A stretch of 64,000 nt of DNA from Amoebidium appalachense (GCA_963693365.1 CAVNZM010000012.1:8436001-8500000); one strand, 5' to 3'; numbered from the stretch's first letter, positions 1 through 39,741 are shown. Made by a program: numbers and translations. Notes: generated by a model not told the origin, from the letters alone.

Positions 1-347
1 CACGAAAGGTAGCAACAGCAAAAAGGTTCGACAAACACAAATAGAAGAAGAAGAAGATGTTATCTTTCATAGTGTATCTGAAACACAAAGGAATGATCGA
101 ATGGCCAAGATGCAAATGGAACAGCCGATAGCCGGCAGCAACAAGAACCCTGGTGGGAATGTGAGGAGCGGGCAAAAAAAAAAAAAAAAAAGGGCGGAAT
201 AATGTGAAAGGGTAGGTAGGGGGGGGGGGGGGGGGGGGGGGGGAGGGGAGGAAGGGGGAGGGGTAGATCCATGTTGAAAATGTAAATGCAGTCCAAAAAC
301 AGGCATTATAAGGTCACAGTCAAAAAAAAAAAAAAAAAAAAAAAAAA

Positions 348-387
<40 letters not shown>

Positions 388-450
388 AAAAGAAAAGAAA
401 AAAACAACAACAAAAAAACGACACGATTCTTTGCATCTTGACTCTTGATT

Positions 451-490
<40 letters not shown>

Positions 491-753
491 AAAACAAACC
501 CAACCCCAACCACAATCACAACAACCACAAACCAACCAACATGGAGAAGACTTTGGATAGATGGGGAGAGGGGGGACATTGTCCAATGAAAGGACGGGAG
601 GCCATAAAACCAGAAATGGGGGGAAGGGGACTGAGGGGCGAGGGCATGTTTTGCCGATGAACTGACTATAACAAGAAACAGCAGTTGACCACAGGTGGTG
701 TGTAGAGCCACAACTCCAAAAGCACACGAATGACCTAAAAACATGGATTTTAC

Positions 754-797
<44 letters not shown>

Positions 798-1130
798 AAC
801 CACCACCACCACCGCCACCAACACCCCGTCCCGTGCCCTCCCCCTACACCGAACCCCTACACACAAGCTACCACCACCACCACCATCACACACACGCGAC
901 AGGCCACGAAACAAACAAACCAAATTGACAAAAGAAAGAGAAGCAGCAGTGCTTGCGTGAGCTCGAATTCGAACAAGATCATCCAAAAACCGAATTAAAT
1001 AGCCTCACCATTGAACAAAAGGTCCCAAAAAATGTCCCATAAGACAAAAAAAAACAACAACAAAGGAACAAACAAATTAAATAGATCAAAAAGAAGCAGA
1101 ATTGCCTGCTTGGATGGGGGGAAAAAAGAG

Positions 1131-1212
1131 CGTCCAGGAAGGGATTCGAACCCTCGCGGGCAGAGCCCACAGGATTAGCAGTCCTGCGCCTTAACCACTC
1201 GGCCACCTGAAC
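1131..1212 (-). tRNA. tRNA-Ser(GCT), 82 nt, long variable arm, no intron
   Basis: Reverse complement: GTTCAGG TGGCCGAGTGGTTAAGGCG CAGGA CT-GCT-AA TCCTG TGGGCTCTGCCCGC GAGGG TTCGAAT CCCTT CCTGGAC G. Acceptor, D, anticodon, variable and T arms all pair. A T6 Pol III terminator follows immediately. Confidence 0.96.
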
Positions 1213-1521
1213 ACGATGACGTAGGTGGGGGCATTATCTGGAGGACCATTGTGCACAAGCATACCAAATGCACATGAAGAACGTACCGTATCCTACGATA
1301 CCTACCAGTAATGATAAGCAAAGGGTGTGCGCGCGTGCGCGTGCGCTCATGTTATGTAAGCGCATACGACACGTACGCATGGGCCGGGGTAGCAAAAAAT
1401 TATGCATTCGGCTATGTATTTTTGGCTGGTGTGGAGTGTGGCATCCAGCTAAATGCAACACCACACGCCTGGGTGGGTGGGTGGGTGGGTGGGTGGGTTG
1501 GGGGGGGGGGGGGATTCGGAC

Positions 1522-20647
<19,126 letters not shown>

Positions 20648-20761
20648 CTTCTCCTCTCCCTATGCGCCCCTGTGGGCATGACTGTTACACTGGTAACTCG
20701 ATCCAGGAGTGCCAGCAGCAGTTGATGCCTCAGATCGATGCTTCAGTGTTTCAGTGAAGGT

Positions 20762-20803
20762 AGCCAATCAGCGAACCGGAAAAATTTTAGTTAATCCAAT
20801 CAG
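20762..20803. promoter_or_regulatory. Two CCAATCAG boxes about 120-150 bp upstream of the ABCG start codon
   Basis: agccaatcag (20762) and atccaatcag (20794), 32 bp apart; motif and position only. Confidence 0.3.
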
Positions 20804-21066
20804 CAATGTGCAAGAAACAGATAACCATATTTGGTGTTTTGACGGTTGCAAAGCCGGCGCCTGCAGCTGCGGGGTGAGCTAGGCTCAGCTGCAGCTACAT
20901 GCGTGGCTGAGTGTGGCAGGCCGCATCTGGCCGCATGCCAGTCTGTGTACACAGTGGCAGGTCACAAGGTTTCGGAAGGGAGCCTCGGAGGGAGGAAGGG
21001 AGGGAGCGAGAGCGGGGTGGTACCGGTGAAGGGGTTGGCGGTGGATGTCATATGCATATGGGTGGC

Positions 21067-21120
<54 letters not shown>

Positions 21121-21269
21121 GCTCTGTCCACGCAGAAGATGAAGCAAGTTTGAAATAACATTTTGGACAGTTGTTAGCAATGTGTGACTTCCGTGGTCTA
21201 AAGTCATAAAATATTATATGTGAATGTTTAGGATGTCCTTGCACGCGTACAAGATTGTTGTGGCTCACC

Positions 21270-21830
21270 AAAACCTCGGGAATTCGGAATCTCGGATGCC
21301 GCTGCAAACGGGGCATAGTGTGGACATTTTCCCAGCAAACCACAAACTAAATTGAAAACGAGTCAACCCACGCACATGGAAGAGTGATAGAACGCTCCAT
21401 AATAGGCTTGACTCCCTCCCATCAGCCACCGAACGTGAGCGTGCACGCGGCACAGTGCTTGCCATACGCCATAATTCATCATAGAAGGTGGTTCTTGGGT
21501 GTTCTTTTTTCTGGAATCCAGTCCTGCCACTCCAGTGCTGCGTACATGTTTGTGCATCCTTTTGCCCTCAACTCCAACGCGCACCGTGCTTCTAGTAAGA
21601 TACCAAGTCCTTATATTATAGTAATATGCACTGCAGTAAATGTAATCCACCAGTACTAAGTAGTGTTTATGCGAGTAAAGGGATCGACAGAGCTGTTTGG
21701 AAATTCGCCTGCAGCTGTGGGTTCGGGATCACGGGATTTGGTTTGATGCACGTGATTATGACGATAGAGAAGTGTACACGTACCTATGTATGTGGCACGT
21801 GTTCATGAATGGGCGCACGTACAAACATCA
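21270..21830. repeat. Interspersed repeat, copy 1 (inverted relative to 36200-36715)
   Basis: The core ccataataggcttgactccctcccatcagccaccgaacgtgagcg is the exact reverse complement of about 36537-36581. Patchy similarity extends to cacgtgattatgacg and gcacgtacaaa. Ends approximate. Confidence 0.75.
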
Positions 21831-22385
21831 ATATGGGACATGTGCATCCCTCCCACACACTGAGTGATAAACGGAAGAGAAAGAATTATGGAAGAGAAGG
21901 GTATCTCTCCACATTCTCTTTCCCTCTCTCTCTCTATCTCTCTCTCTATATATATCTCTCTCTATCTCTCTCTCTATCTCTATCTCTCTCTCCCCCCTCC
22001 CCAAGGTTCTCTTTCTCTCTCTCTCTCTGTCTCTCCTCCCCCTTTTTCTTTCCCTCCTTCTCTCTCTTCTCTCTCTCCCTTTCCTTTCTCTCCTTATCTC
22101 TCTCTCTCTCTCTCTCTCCCTCCCCTCCCTCCTCCCCCCCCTCCCTCCCCCCTTTCCCTCCCTCCCTCCCACCCACCCTCACAAGGACATCCCTCCCTAC
22201 TCTCACTTTCTCTATCCCTCCCTCCTTTCCTCTCTTTCTCTCCCCCCCCCTCTACCGGTATACCCCTTTCTCTTGCTCTTTCTCTATCGCACCCCCTCCC
22301 CGCCTCCCCAACCCCCCTCCCCCCCCTCCCCTCCCCGGGGAGGGGAGGGGAATATGCATGTATGGGGAAGATCTTCATTGGTGGA

Positions 22386-22705
22386 CCTGGGGTAAGCGTA
22401 TTCCTAGGGTAAGCGTATTCCTAGGTTTATTGTATTCCTAGGGTAAACGTATTCCTAGGTTTATTGTATTCCTAGGATAAGCGTATTCCTAGGGTAAGCG
22501 TATTCCTAGGTTTATTGTATTCCTAGGATAAGCGTATTCCTAGGGTAAGCGTATTCCAAGTTTAAGTGTAATCCTAGGGAAATTACGTGCATTCCTAGGT
22601 TAGGTGTCTTCTTGTAAGTGTATTCCTAGGACAGGTGTATTCCTAGGATAAGTGTATTCCTTGGGTAAGTGTAGTCCTAGGGTAAACGTGTATTCCTATA
22701 GGGTA
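22386..22705. repeat. Minisatellite with a 17-18 bp unit (GGGTAAGCGTATTCCTA and GGTTTATTGTATTCCTA variants)
   Basis: About 17 tandem units joined through the palindrome CCTAGG, decaying rightwards. Confidence 0.9.
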
Positions 22706-23363
22706 AACATACTCCAGCCAGGATGAAGTGGGAACGAGGATATATTCCCGGCCGAGATAAACTGATTGATGATAACATTGCTGCCTCAATGTGATTGCCA
22801 GAGATGTTATATAAGGGGTATTCGTCTTCGGGAGTTTTGGGTGGGGTTGGGTGTGGGTTGGGGGTTCGGGTGGCGGGGTGGTGGTGGTGGTGGTGGTGGT
22901 AGGGGGGGGGGGGGGGGGGGGGGGGGGGGAGGGGAAGAAGGACAGATGATCATGCGGCCATGACATATGAAAACTGTGGAGTTATGGCTACAAAACAATT
23001 CACTCACACATTGTAGAATGGTCTGCCATCTACTTTCATTACTATATTATCGTATGCATAACCAACTACAGGGGACTTCAAGCCCACATATATCTATGTC
23101 ACTTATAGCGTCACACCGACAGACGCTTAAATATGTAATAGCAAGACGAGAACCATACATACGTATCTTGTTGAGCCTTAAAAGCAGGGTTTAAACATCA
23201 CAAACACATATACAAACATTAGTCAAAGCGAGCAACATGCTCAAACTCTCATCACAGGATATCGCGTACCAATCGACATACTTAAGGTCCTTAATGACTT
23301 GCTCCCACATCCGTTACACTGATATGATATTCACCTACATCCCCTCCCCAACCTCCCCTCGCC

Positions 23364-23409
<46 letters not shown>

Positions 23410-23474
23410 CCTCCCCTGCCCAAGCCCCAGCCACCCACCCATCCCCCCCCCCCACCCACCCACCCTCCGCCCCA

Positions 23475-30644
<7,170 letters not shown>

Positions 30645-30737
30645 TACGTGTCTGCCGTGCATTATTTTTTTTTTAGTGAACATTCCTTGCTGTTGTGAGA
30701 TAGAGCAGGGTTTTGTCTTTTCTTTTTTTTTTTTTTG

Positions 30738-30768
<31 letters not shown>

Positions 30769-31115
30769 AGGGGGGGGGGGAGGGGGGGCGGAGGGGGGGG
30801 GGGTGGGGGAGGAAGGGCCACTTGGGAAGGGGGAGATGAAGGGGGGGGGGGGGGGGGGGGGGGGAGGGGGCGGGGTAAAAGGTAGTGTTGTCGCTTGCTG
30901 TACCATGCTAGTGACAAAGGGGATGAGGTTTGTTGGGCTGGGGAGGGGGGAGGGGGGAGTGGGGGAGGGAATTCGGGGAGAGAAGGGGGGAGGAGGGGGG
31001 GGGGGGGGGGGGGGGGGGGGAAGGGGGGGGGAGGGATAAACGGTGATTTGTTCAAATTTGTTCGCTTGCTGCACCACGCTAGTATCACTGAGAGAGGGGA
31101 TGACTGCCTCTCAAA

Positions 31116-31152
<37 letters not shown>

Positions 31153-31520
31153 CACCATCCCTTTGTCCTAACCTTCCCAACCTTTCTCATTCCGAGTTAT
31201 CTCAAAATGGCGAGTTCGCCCCGCTTTCCATAATCCCAACTTTATGTAACCTCTCTCTCCTCCCCCCCCCCCTCCCTACCTCCCTCCCCCCTTCCCCCCC
31301 TCACCCCACCCCCACCCCCAACCCCACCCCCCTTCCCCGCTTTGCCCTAAAATACTAAGATTATTTGCGCTCGTGCCAGGTGCGCATCAGCACTTACGGT
31401 CACCATGTATGCTAACTGTTGATGGTTAACGAAGCAATGAAAAACAACCACCCCCCTGTGTGTTATTGCTTGGCAAACATTTGGGATAGGGGGGCGTTTT
31501 TTTTGTTTTTTTTATCTGTT

Positions 31521-31551
<31 letters not shown>

Positions 31552-32008
31552 GGGGGGGAGGGGAAGGGGGGGGGAAGAGGGGGTGGGGGGAGGAGGGGGA
31601 GGGGGGGGGGGAGGGGGAGGGGGGGGGGGGGGGGGGGGCAAAATAAATTGTACATTTCTCTGCTCCTTTTTTTGGAATAACAGGCTGTATTATTATACAT
31701 ACAACGACAGGTGATCCCAAGAAAACATGTCCAAGCATTTCGACGGCTCTATATTGACCCTCGCACAATTACAGAATCCGATTTTCAACGGTGAGAGTGT
31801 GGTATGATGGATTAAAAAAAAAATGTATTCATAAATTTAATGGCTATAGTAGATCATCGAATATTATGGGTGTATCTATACTAGTAATCATTCATAATGC
31901 CAGTATTGCCTTCAATAACAATAATTAAAAAGCCATATTTACATACATATGGAGGGGCAAAAGTAGATAATGTGTTCAATAAGGAGTAAAAAACACCGTA
32001 AAATAGGC

Positions 32009-32666
32009 TCATGCATCACCCCCACTCTCGGTTCTCACATCCTCCCTCACTTCTTGGAGGCCCCTCACATTCTGGTTTTCAATGAAATTCCGACTAGCCG
32101 GCACAACAGTCGAATTCGCGCTCCTCCCCCACGTAACCAACAAAATAGAATACAAAACCGAGTCGAAAACCCCCCCCATATTCACCGTCACAGCTTGAAC
32201 AAGCGCAAGCACACTGGATTTCTTCAAAAACACGTGTGTATACACCACCTGCATCGTGTATGGGACCCACTGAACCAGGAAAAATACGGTAAAGCAGAAG
32301 AAAAACACGGCAAGTTTCCGCATTGCCTGTGCCGCACGTGGGCTGGGGTCCATTGCAGCTCCAGCCATCCCCCTCTCCCTTTGCATAGACCCTTGCTGGC
32401 TCGTGCGGTCGGTAGAGGCCGTCGTTGTGCCAAATCGTGGAATGCTGATGAGAGAACGGAGATTTTTGGCCTTTTTCGAGTGATTTGGGGGATGATTTCG
32501 AATGGGGGAGGGGGGGGGGGGGGGGGGGGGGGATGTTCAGAGGAAGGTGCACACATAGGTGAAAGAAAGGGGTGTGGGCCCTTGGGGGAAGCCCCCGGAG
32601 GGGCAGTTCATTGGTGGTTAGAGGCAAGGGGACCCGGGCAGGGCTTTTTTCCCCCCAAAGTTTTTT

Positions 32667-32728
<62 letters not shown>

Positions 32729-32903
32729 GGGGGGGATGAACGAAGAGCGCAACGGAGGTGGAGGTGGTATAAGTTAAGGAACGGGGGGGAAGGGGAGGAG
32801 GGAGGAGGGGGGAGAGGGGGATCATGAAAAAGTCAGAGCCTTGAACAATATCTTCAAATGTCTTCATATTGGCTTCTCTCTCTCTTTCTCCCCCCTTCCC
32901 CCG

Positions 32904-32942
<39 letters not shown>

Positions 32943-33140
32943 ACCCTTCCCCTCCCTCCATCCTCCTCCCCACCCCCCCTCCCCACCTGATCACTATAGA
33001 TTGTTCATCTGAAGCTCTCTTGCGACTCCCTCTCTCCAAATATCGTTCTCTCCAAATCCCCCCCCCCCCCCCTTCCCCCCCATTCTCTCGCTCGCTCTTT
33101 TCCCGGTTCTCCCCCCTTGCGTTCTCTCACACCTTATTTG

Positions 33141-33219
<79 letters not shown>

Positions 33220-33235
33220 GATCTCTCTCTCTAGA

Positions 33236-33271
<36 letters not shown>

Positions 33272-33517
33272 CTCTGTGTGTGTGGGACACACAAGCACAC
33301 ACACACACTCTCTCTCCCCCCCCATCCCCCTCCTTCTCTCCCCTTCTCGACCCCCCCATCCGCCCCTCATCCCTCCATCTGTCACTCTGTCCCCTCCCCC
33401 TCCCCCCCCCCCCCCCCCCCCCCCGCGCCCCACCTCTCCATTCTCAATCACGCACACACTCTCTCTCTGCCTTTCTGCTCTCCCTCGTTCCCATCCCTCA
33501 CAGAAATCTCTCTGCCG

Positions 33518-33551
<34 letters not shown>

Positions 33552-34650
33552 GCGGGGGTGGGGGGGAGGGGGGGGGGGGGGGGGGGGGGGGTACCTTTGG
33601 TAACCCTGCATCGTGTTGAGTTGTGGCGCTGGCTCTGCCTTGCCCAGATTCGCGACCAGAAACTCCACTTTCGCCAACAGCCTCTGTGTTTTCATTGGTG
33701 GAGGTCCTTCCAGCGTTTAATGTGATTCGCTCACTCGTGCTTGCCCCCTCCTCCCTAAGATCCACTTGCCCAATCGGACACTCAACTGCTGCCGTATTTG
33801 GTAAACCGGGTTGGGCGGAACCAATCAGAATAGGTCGCGAAGTCTCCCCAACGTGAGCAACCAATGGTTGTTGTCGCGATCGCATGCGCACTGATCTAGT
33901 CAAGATAACGATTGACCAAATATGGCAAATTCCTCCGAAAAAGAGCACGGCCAATGGGATCACTGCGTTAAAAACAATCAAAAGTGATCGGTTGCCTGTT
34001 AGCCCGCATCTCAGCCGGAATGCACCGTAAAACCCGAGAAAGTACGGCGGGAGGGCCAAAGACAGAGGAGCGAATAACAGGCACGTGGAAGATAAAAATA
34101 GAAACCGCTTTCCCGGGGCCCTCCATGCTATGAAGACGCTCATGCACGTCGATTGGTAGTCCTTGAGACTGAACTTGTGCCCCCTTAAGATCTGCAAAAG
34201 TACAAATGCCACACAGCCAGAGGTTAAGGTGCTACTCAGAACTGTAAACTGCCAAAAAAGGCCTTGGGTGCGACAGCCAAACAGTGATCCGGGAGGCGCT
34301 TGTATGTTGATTGGGAGAGCATTGATGAGGGCGGCCAATGAAAAAAGGGCGTCAGGGGCGGCCAGGTATGCAGGAATGTACTGAACGAGGGTCATGCCCG
34401 ATCTGCGCCGACAAAATTGGACGGAGGTTGCAACCAACATGCATATGCTGGCACACAGGCTTAGAGATGACGTCGCAACCGTGACCACCTGTGGAGGGTT
34501 GGGTATAAGTGTGCGAAAGGGGGGCGCGGGGGGAGGGGGGGGGGGGGGGAGGGGGGGGGGGGGAGGTTGGGGTGGGGAGAGGGGGAGGGGTAGGGGGGAG
34601 GCGGGGCGAGACTGTTGTGGAAAGGAATGGTGAGAGATAGTGCAGCGCGG

Positions 34651-34687
<37 letters not shown>

Positions 34688-35445
34688 AATGGCGAAAGAG
34701 GAATGGGATGACGAGAATTCATTGAGTTGTCTAGGTTTAGAATGAAACTAATGTTATAGGATTTGCCAACGTAAAGGGGATAATCAATTCGGATTCGTAT
34801 TGGCCAGTGACTCCTAAACGTTCTGCAGTATTTACCTTCTTTTTCTCGCTGAAGTTGGTATTGGATAGCCTGTGTTCTGGTCTGAAAAGTGCATTGATTT
34901 TCGGTCTTTCTTAGATTGGCTGTTGCGACCAGTTTTCCTTTTTTGCCTTCTTCTTTTCCTTTTTCTTTTCCCTTTTCTTTCTGTTTTCTTTCTTTCTTTC
35001 TTTAGATTCTTTCTTTCCTTCTCTTTTTTTTTCTTTCTTTCTTTCTTTTTTTTTTTTTTGGAAGAGAGGGGGGGGGGGGGGGGGGGGGGGGGGGGAGGGG
35101 AGGTGAGGAGGAGTGTGGGGAGTTCTGGCCTGCGGTTAAAGCAACAAAACATGGATAAGAGAGAGGTAAGACACTGTCGTATTGTTAACAAGAATGTAAA
35201 AAAAAATAACTCTTTCGATCAATGGCAGTCCTACTGAAAACTCCTTCTGAATATGCAATTTGCAGTGCTGTAATTCTCAGGCCTTGACAAAAGTTTGCCT
35301 GACAATAACACAAAGTTTAACTCAAAAATACTGGGAATTCATCTTGGTAACGGAAAGGAAAACGACTTACCTTTATAGCCAGGTAAACGTTGCACGTGTA
35401 TCCCCCACAGTGTTGTGGCCTGCCCGTCCACGTTGGTACCGCCAT
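32009..35445 (-). CDS. 7TM receptor, cAMP-receptor-like (CAR/GCR1/Git3-type) GPCR
   Basis: Exon 35445-35371 (MAVPTW...LAIK); exon 34488-33595 (TM1-5: SSLSLCASICML, YLAAPDALFSL, GCRTQGLFWQFTVLSS); a low-complexity ICL3 exon ending at donor 32987 (start unresolved); exon 32444-32009 (TM6-7: FFLVQWVPYT, VNMGGVFDSVLY). Confidence 0.8.
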
Positions 35446-35563
35446 GGGTGTGACTCTCGGGGAAAACCCTCAAACAGTGCCATTATAAAAGATTCAAGGG
35501 AGAAGTGGAATAGGAGTTTTTGTAGCGGGGAAGTTGAAGAAAGAACGAAAAACCCCCCGGAGT

Positions 35564-35605
<42 letters not shown>

Positions 35606-35691
35606 AAAAACAGAGAAAGGGGGAGAGGGAGAGAGAAAGAGGAGGGGAGGGGGGGGGGGGGGGAGAAAGAGAGAGAGAGAGGGGGCGGGGG

Positions 35692-35856
<165 letters not shown>

Positions 35857-35909
35857 AGAGGGAGAGAGGGAGAGAGAGAGAGAGAGTGAGTGAGAGAGAG
35901 AGAGAGAGA

Positions 35910-35945
<36 letters not shown>

Positions 35946-36199
35946 ACTTCGTGGAGAATTCTATAGAATTCTATTCTTTTCTATGAAGTTTTCCCCCGAA
36001 AAACAGTGTGTCCATGGCCAGAGCACAGAATGGAAATAGAAAGCGCAAAAACCATAACCTACGGTCTAAAAAAAAAAAAAACTGTCTCCAAACAAGCTCC
36101 GAGGCAAACACGAAGAAACACACTGTTCTAAGTCGAGTTTCAACTTCGTTTTCGTTGATCAATCAAGCAGTAGAGGCGTGTGAATCGTCTCAATGCCAC

Positions 36200-36715
36200 C
36201 GGATTTGTACGTGCCCCCATTGAAATTCACAAACACTATCTTTACCACGTGCTCACACGTCATAATCACGTCATACTCACTTACCTACACCTTGTTTTTT
36301 CTAGAACAGAGCTTTTACACAACGAAAAAAATATTTTTCTCTCGCCCCATACGAAAAACCTGCTGGGTGTGCTTATTTTGAGCTTGAGATGTGACTAAGG
36401 TATGCTAAGGTGCGTGTTGGTGAGAATGAGAGCACGCACGACCGTTGTTGGAGTTCGGACTTCGAGAAAAAAGAACACCAAAGAACCACCTTCTATGACC
36501 GAATGTTGGCTTGAGGCAGGCATTGTGCCGCGTGAACGCTCACGTTCGGTGGCTGATGGGAGGGAGTCAAGCCTATTATGGAACTTTCTATCACTCTTCC
36601 ATGCGTTTGTGGTTTGGTTCGGTTTCAACTTGGTTTGGTTTTGTTTGGAAAATGTCAACCAAAACACGTGCAAAGTCTGTTGTTGAAGCTGTGTCCGAAT
36701 TCCTGAGGTTCAGGG
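36200..36715. repeat. Interspersed repeat, copy 2 (inverted relative to 21270-21830)
   Basis: See copy 1; ends approximate. Confidence 0.75.
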
Positions 36716-37491
36716 TTAGCGTAACCGACCTCATGAGCGCGCAAGGACATAGGTGAAGCTGGGGTACAAACGGATATGGAGGAGCCTTGGAGGGGAAGGG
36801 AAGGGAAGGGAAGAAAGGGGAAGCCTTAGGGAAGGGAAGGGAAGGGAATGGAGAGGAGGAGAGAGGGGAAAGGAGGGAGGGAGGGAGGGAGGGAGAAGAG
36901 GGAGACAAGGGAGGGAGAGAAGGGAAGGGAGGGGAGGAGGAGAGGGGGGGGGGGGGGAGAAGAGGGGAGGGAGGGGGGGAGGGGGGGAGGGGGGGAGGGA
37001 AGGAGGGAGGGAGGGAGGGGACGGGACGGGACGGGAGGGGAGGGGAGGGAGGGAAGGAGGGAGGGAGGGAGGGAGGGAGGGAGGGAGGGAGAGGGGGGGG
37101 AGAGGGGGGGGAGGGGGAGGGGAGGAGCAAAGTCAACTATGACGGTCCCAAGCACAAATCATTCCCGTAGGTGGCAGCCGGGACGGTCAAGCAAAATTAA
37201 AAAGACACAACCGAAATCACAGCACAGAACCTTTCAGCGTGTTCACCCAACCTGCTTGATGCGAGGCCCAGAGCAGGGGGGCTCAAGTTAGTATCATTGT
37301 GTTTGTTACTGTAACCAAAAACAGAAAATAGGAATTAAGACAACAAGGGAAACAAATTTGCAGAAAAAGCCACGTGTCATAAGATTTTCATAACAGGAGA
37401 CATCAATCCGCCACTTCTCAAGAACCGAGATGTCTAAGCATGTGAGTATGGTCCCTTTGGTGTTTGAGTCTGTGTGTGTGCTTGTGTGTGT

Positions 37492-37555
<64 letters not shown>

Positions 37556-38040
37556 ACGTGTGTGTGTGTGTGTGTGTTGGGGGGGAGAGGGGGGGAGAGG
37601 GAGGGGGGCGAGGGACGGGGGCCGATTCTGCTGTTGTTTCGTTTCGTCACATTTTTGGGAAGACACTGAGTCATTATAATACGGCTTCGATCTACTAGGG
37701 CAAAGTTAAGAAACTACAGCGGGTACGAACTGATATAGCAGAACATCGATACCAAGAGTACAAAAAATGTAACTGGACTCGGATCTCGAGCTCGTCACTA
37801 AGCTAATAACGTCTTAATACTATGCTTCACACCGTTAAAATTTTTGTAGGACATATAGAATCTACTTCAAGTTAAGTTATATAGTCACATGATGAACCAT
37901 GTTTATACATACATAGTCATGAGTACCAACATTATGTACAATGCCGAAGCCCCGGAGTGCTGACTTCCAGTAGAAACTTAATCGTTTTTTGAAACCCGAT
38001 ATTCAAATAACAAATTGCACACGATAACATTTGCATGCGC

Positions 38041-38500
38041 TCATGCAACACCCCTGCTCTCGGTCCTCATATCTTCTCTCACACCTTGGAGCCCCCTCGC
38101 AGCTTATTAATCCAGTCAAAAGAAAAGATTTTCCGTACAATTCCGGCTAGCCGACCCAACCGATAAATTTACACCGGCTCTTCCCCTAGGAACCAGCAAA
38201 ATGGAATACAAAACCGCGTCAAAAATTCCCCCCAAATTTACGTTCGTGGCTTGAACAAGCGCAAGCACACTGGATATCTGCAGAAAAACACGTGAATACA
38301 CCACCTGCACCGTGTATGGAACCCACTGAATCAGGAAAAAAAGGGTAAAGCAGAAGAAAAATACGGCAAGCTTCCGCATTGCCTGTGCCGTGCGTGGGCT
38401 GGGGTCCATTGCAGCGCCTGTCGCCCCCCTCTCCTTTTGCACAGACCCTTGTTGGCTCGTACGGTCGGTAGAGGCCGATGTTGCACCAAACCGTGGGATG
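38041..38500 (-). pseudogene. GPCR paralogue, last exon (TM6-7), with premature stop caused by a short insertion
   Basis: AQAMRKLAVFFFCFTLFFLIQWVPYT aligns with 32444-32009 and uses the same acceptor. About 22 extra nt at 38105-38126 create a TGA before the ancestral stop at 38041. Confidence 0.7.
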
Positions 38501-38673
38501 CTGATGAGAGAACGGAGACTTTTGGCCAGTTTGGGGGAGGCGAAAGGGATAAGGACAGGATAAGCAGGGGGAAGGCGAGAAACCGGGGGCAGGGGGGAAG
38601 GAAAGGCGGAGGGGAGGGAGGGGGGGAGGGGGGAGGGGGGAGAGGGAGGGGGGATGGAGGGGGGGGGGGGAGG

Positions 38674-38760
<87 letters not shown>

Positions 38761-38878
38761 GGGGGGGGGGGGGGGGGGAGGGAGGGAGGGAGGGAGGGAG
38801 GGAGGGAGGGAGGGAGGGAGGGAGGGAGGGAGGGAGGGAGGGAAGGAGGGAGGGAGGGAGAGAGAGGGGGGGGGGGGG

Positions 38879-39070
38879 TTTGAATGCGTCGTCATTAAGC
38901 ACTAAGTACACATTTACAACGGACAACACAAGGCAGAGTGCAAACACACATAAAGAGTATGCATAACAAGCAGAGCCCATCGTCGGGGGGAACCCACGTC
39001 ATCCACCGTATGCAAGTTTCAACCAATTCACCTCGTCAACGAAACCCAACTCAGATATTGTTTCACTGGA
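38879..39070 (-). mobile_element. Retroelement 3' fragment (subfamily A1, longer, decayed hammerhead core CCGACGA)
   Basis: Colinear with 47318-47505; G-run at the left end. Confidence 0.8.
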
Positions 39071-39101
39071 ACATGGGGGTGTCTAGGGGGGAAAGGCGGG
39101 G

Positions 39102-39157
<56 letters not shown>

Positions 39158-39407
39158 GATGCAGCTGGGCAACCAAGGGTGAGTAGGGGTAGTGTGCGTG
39201 TACGATTGTGCACGTGAACGATATGTGTTGTGCCCGGTAACAGCTGGTATTAAACCTAAAATAATGGCCTTTGTCTGAGGTAAGAAGTGAGGCAGAGTAG
39301 TGTGGGCTAATAAGCAAAAATAAACCCGTGTCTTACTCAAACGTTGCCCCATCTCCAACATACACATGCACCCCCTCCACCCCCCATCCCCCTCCCCCCG
39401 CCCAAAA

Positions 39408-39505
<98 letters not shown>

Positions 39506-39628
39506 CAAGAGGACCTAATAAGATAACAGGAAGCTAGCTGTGTTTACCCAGGCATGCAGAAAGATCAGAGAAGTCTAGTATAACCAGCAAAAACTGACTC
39601 AAGAAGCAGAGAAGAAAGCCTTTTTTTT

Positions 39629-39662
<34 letters not shown>

Positions 39663-39674
39663 GCATGTGTGTGT

Positions 39675-39741
<67 letters not shown>

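Noticed and set aside
1-1000. Further ABCG exons left of the tRNA
   Set aside because: Hydrophobic frames exist (1-150, 640-735) but none shows recognisable ABC2-membrane motifs with a convincing phase-0 acceptor.
22386-22705. CRISPR-like array
   Set aside because: Contiguous tandem units without unique spacers, no cas genes, eukaryotic context.
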